Shown piece after piece: positions 15,680-17,575 of a stretch of 17,575 nt of DNA. The notes beneath the pieces were generated by a model. The model was not told the DNA's origin and ran no database searches. It saw only the letters and a list, made by a program, of their open reading frames with translations. Origin of the DNA: Cyanobacteria bacterium P01_A01_bin.123 (GTDB lineage Bacteria; Cyanobacteriota; Cyanobacteriia; Phormidesmidales; Phormidesmidaceae); assembly GCA_039815185.1 (NCBI GenBank), contig JBCBZT010000094.1, positions 1-17,575 on the forward strand, given 5' to 3'. The position numbers and the translations under genes are program-made. Within the stretch, counting starts at the first letter, position 1; each line of letters begins with the position of its first letter.

Positions 15680-16465
15680 ATGACTCAGACTCAGCTTAAT
15701 TTCAAAACCGCGCCGGGACATCAGATTTTAGCCTCCGCAGGCAAGAAAATTCTCCGTCCTGGCGGTCGTGCCGCGACGGAACAGCTCTTTGACTGGGCTA
15801 ACTTCCAACCCGGCGAAACCGTGCTTGAGTTGGCAGCTAGCTTTGGTTACAGTGCCATTGCCTTAGCCCAGCGCTACCAGGTGCGCGTCGTTGGCGTTGA
15901 GCGAAATGCCGATAGCGTGGCTCGGGCTCGGGCAAATGTGGCCGCTGTCGGGTTGAGCAAGCAGGTTGAGATTGTTGAAGGGGATATTTTTCATTTAGAT
16001 CGGATCACCGGACAGTTTGACTATGTGTTGGCTGAGGCTATTCTGACGATGCAGTCGGCGGCGGGCAAGGCTAAGGTTTTGGTTGGGGTTGGCGATCGCC
16101 TCAAGCCAAACGGCCAATTTCTCAGCCACGAACTGTTGGTCAGTGGCCCAAACATGGCCGCGATTTACCAAGACTTAGCAGATACGATTCGCGTCAACGC
16201 CACCCCGCTCCCTGTCCAAGACTGGATTGCAGCTTGTCAACAGGCTGGGCTGACGGTGCAACACCATCACACTGGCCCGATGAGCCTGCTTAATCCTCGC
16301 CGCATCGCTAAAGAAGAAGGGTTATCCACACTCATCAGCATGGGCTGGAATATGCTCACCCGTCCCATTCTCCGCCAGCGCATTTTATCCATGCGAGCCA
16401 TATTCCAGCGTCACAACAATCACCTAGGCTACATAGCCCTTTGTGCTCAAAACTCCTCAGATTAA
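15680..16465 (+). CDS. Class I SAM-dependent methyltransferase
   Basis: GKKILRPGGRAATEQL, VLELAASFGYSA motif I, FDYVLAEAILTM, LKPNG; AGGTGA before ATG 15680 (GTG 15671 is an alternative). Confidence 0.9.
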   Translation: MTQTQLNFKTAPGHQILASAGKKILRPGGRAATEQLFDWANFQPGETVLELAASFGYSAIALAQRYQVRVVGVERNADSVARARANVAAVGLSKQVEIVEGDIFHLDRITGQFDYVLAEAILTMQSAAGKAKVLVGVGDRLKPNGQFLSHELLVSGPNMAAIYQDLADTIRVNATPLPVQDWIAACQQAGLTVQHHHTGPMSLLNPRRIAKEEGLSTLISMGWNMLTRPILRQRILSMRAIFQRHNNHLGYIALCAQNSSD

Positions 16466-16479
16466 GGACTGTTTCGGCC

Positions 16480-16815
16480 ATGATACGCGCTTTACTTTCC
16501 CCAGAAGCACCCTTTACCCAGCTAAAAGAACACATCGAATATCCCTAGTCTGGCGTACTGAGTCAGATCATTTTCAAAGACGAGGCTTGCCAGTACAGCT
16601 TGTTTTGCCTGGGCGCAGACACTGAGATTTCAGAACACACCGCAACTCGAAACGCCACGGTTCAAGTCCTTGAGGGCAAAGGAACGCTGACGTTAAATCA
16701 GGACGCGATCGCGCTAGAACCAGGTGTATTGATCTTGATGCCAGCCAATGCCCCCCATAGTTTGGTCGCAGCAACAGAGCTGACCTTTATCCTCACCTTG
16801 TCATCTACAGCTTGA
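16480..16815 (+). pseudogene. Cupin-domain protein interrupted by an in-frame TAG
   Basis: ATG 16480 (AAGGA upstream) reads MIRALLSPEAPFTQLKEHIEYP*SGVLSQIIFKDEACQYSLFCL…SEHTA…VQVLEG…MPANAPHSL; stop at 16546-16548 is in frame with the track ORF 16600-16815. Confidence 0.8.
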
Positions 16816-16852
16816 GGGAGATATCAAATTGGCTTACAACCTAGAACAGCCC

Positions 16853-17337
16853 ATGACGCTGACCACGACCCAGGCTTATTCACCCAAGTCTCAACAGTGG
16901 TACCGCCCTACACTGTCACCCGAACATGGCGTTTATGTGATGCTCGTGGTGTCATTTCTCACGGGGGCAGCAGCGGCTCAACACTGGACTTGGGTGACAA
17001 CGCTAGCCTTAATCTGTGCGTTTTGCGGATTTCAGGCTGAGCACCCACTTTTACCGTCAAGTTACGAAAACCCAAAACCACTAGCATCATCCCCGGCTTT
17101 GTGTTTCATGGCATTGCCACAGGCATCATTCTTGCCCTTTGGCTGATGGGTTTACTTGGCCCAGTCACGGCGGCTGCGTTTGGCATTGTCCTGCTGAAGT
17201 TCACGCTAATTGTTTGGCGAAAACACTGGTACTGCACCACTAAAATTCAGAATGTAGCACTGATTGAAACCGTCTCAAGCCTGCTGTTTTTAGTGGTCGT
17301 CTCCGGATCGCTGCTGCCAACCCATTTAGCCATTTAG
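16853..17337 (+). pseudogene. YwiC-like membrane protein, internally deleted and frameshifted
   Basis: N-terminus with SPEHGVYVMLVVSFL…FQAEHPL joins at about 17049, in another frame, to FTVKLRKPKT…IETVSSLLF C-terminus; the middle helices of the family appear missing. Confidence 0.75.
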
Positions 17338-17537
17338 ACTTACACCTAGATAACAAATTGAGAGCAGCCGTAGCGACAAAGCTTTGGGGGCTACGGCGAG
17401 CCATATTGGTTGTGTGCTGAGCATCCCAGCACTTATAGGTGCATTCAGCAACCTGGCCAGCGCTATAAAAATAAAAGAAATATTTAAACGAGAATAGTTC
17501 CCATTAAACTGCGCAGTATTGTATATTGGCTGTAGTT

Positions 17538-17558
17538 TATTGAATCTGATTCTCAATA
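17538..17558. promoter_or_regulatory. Fur-box-like site, probably for a gene beyond the window
   Basis: TATTGAATCTGATTCTCAATA; contains ATTCTCAATA, the reverse complement of the TATTGAGAAT core. Confidence 0.6.
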
Positions 17559-17575
17559 GGCTATGGCTTAAAACC

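Larger units (their letters stand above)
1089..16712. repeat. Dispersed HIP1 octamers (GCGATCGC)
   Basis: About 19 copies seen by eye (e.g. 1089, 3171, 5021, 7880, 12702, 16705); cyanobacterial signature. Confidence 0.9.

Noticed and set aside
16546..16548. Pyrrolysine or stop-codon recoding
   Set aside because: No pyl genes in view, TAG is used as a normal stop in the window, and the neighbouring gene is also broken
17326..17556. 76-aa minus-strand ORF, and the other short overlapping ORFs in the track
   Set aside because: No recognisable motifs; they are shadows of real genes or span AT-rich promoter DNA

Overview
Cyanobacterial genomic window (about 19 HIP1 GCGATCGC sites counted by eye, photosystem II genes, a cyanobacterial-type PEP-CTERM protein, an AMIN-domain TonB receptor). 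It looks like an iron-limitation island with recurring Fur-box-like 7-1-7 palindromes. Left: PEP-CTERM protein, MFS transporter, PchR-like AraC regulator, IutA/SchT-like TonB-dependent siderophore receptor, siderophore-binding lipoprotein and a sucrase/ferredoxin-like [2Fe-2S] protein. Centre, the most unusual part: an AT-richer operon behind a Fur-like box. It encodes a divergent cytochrome b559 alpha (psbE), a PsbF-PsbY fusion protein, a heme oxygenase, an unknown exported protein, an exported TPR protein and a small psbY-like ORF absent from the ORF track. It lacks psbL/psbJ and is divergent from another exported TPR gene. Right: three tandem VOC/glyoxalase genes, a HIT hydrolase, and a Crp/Fnr regulator facing a decaying methyltransferase-cupin-ywiC operon (in-frame TAG in the cupin, internal deletion and frameshift in ywiC). 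All family calls are from recognised motifs; no searches were run.
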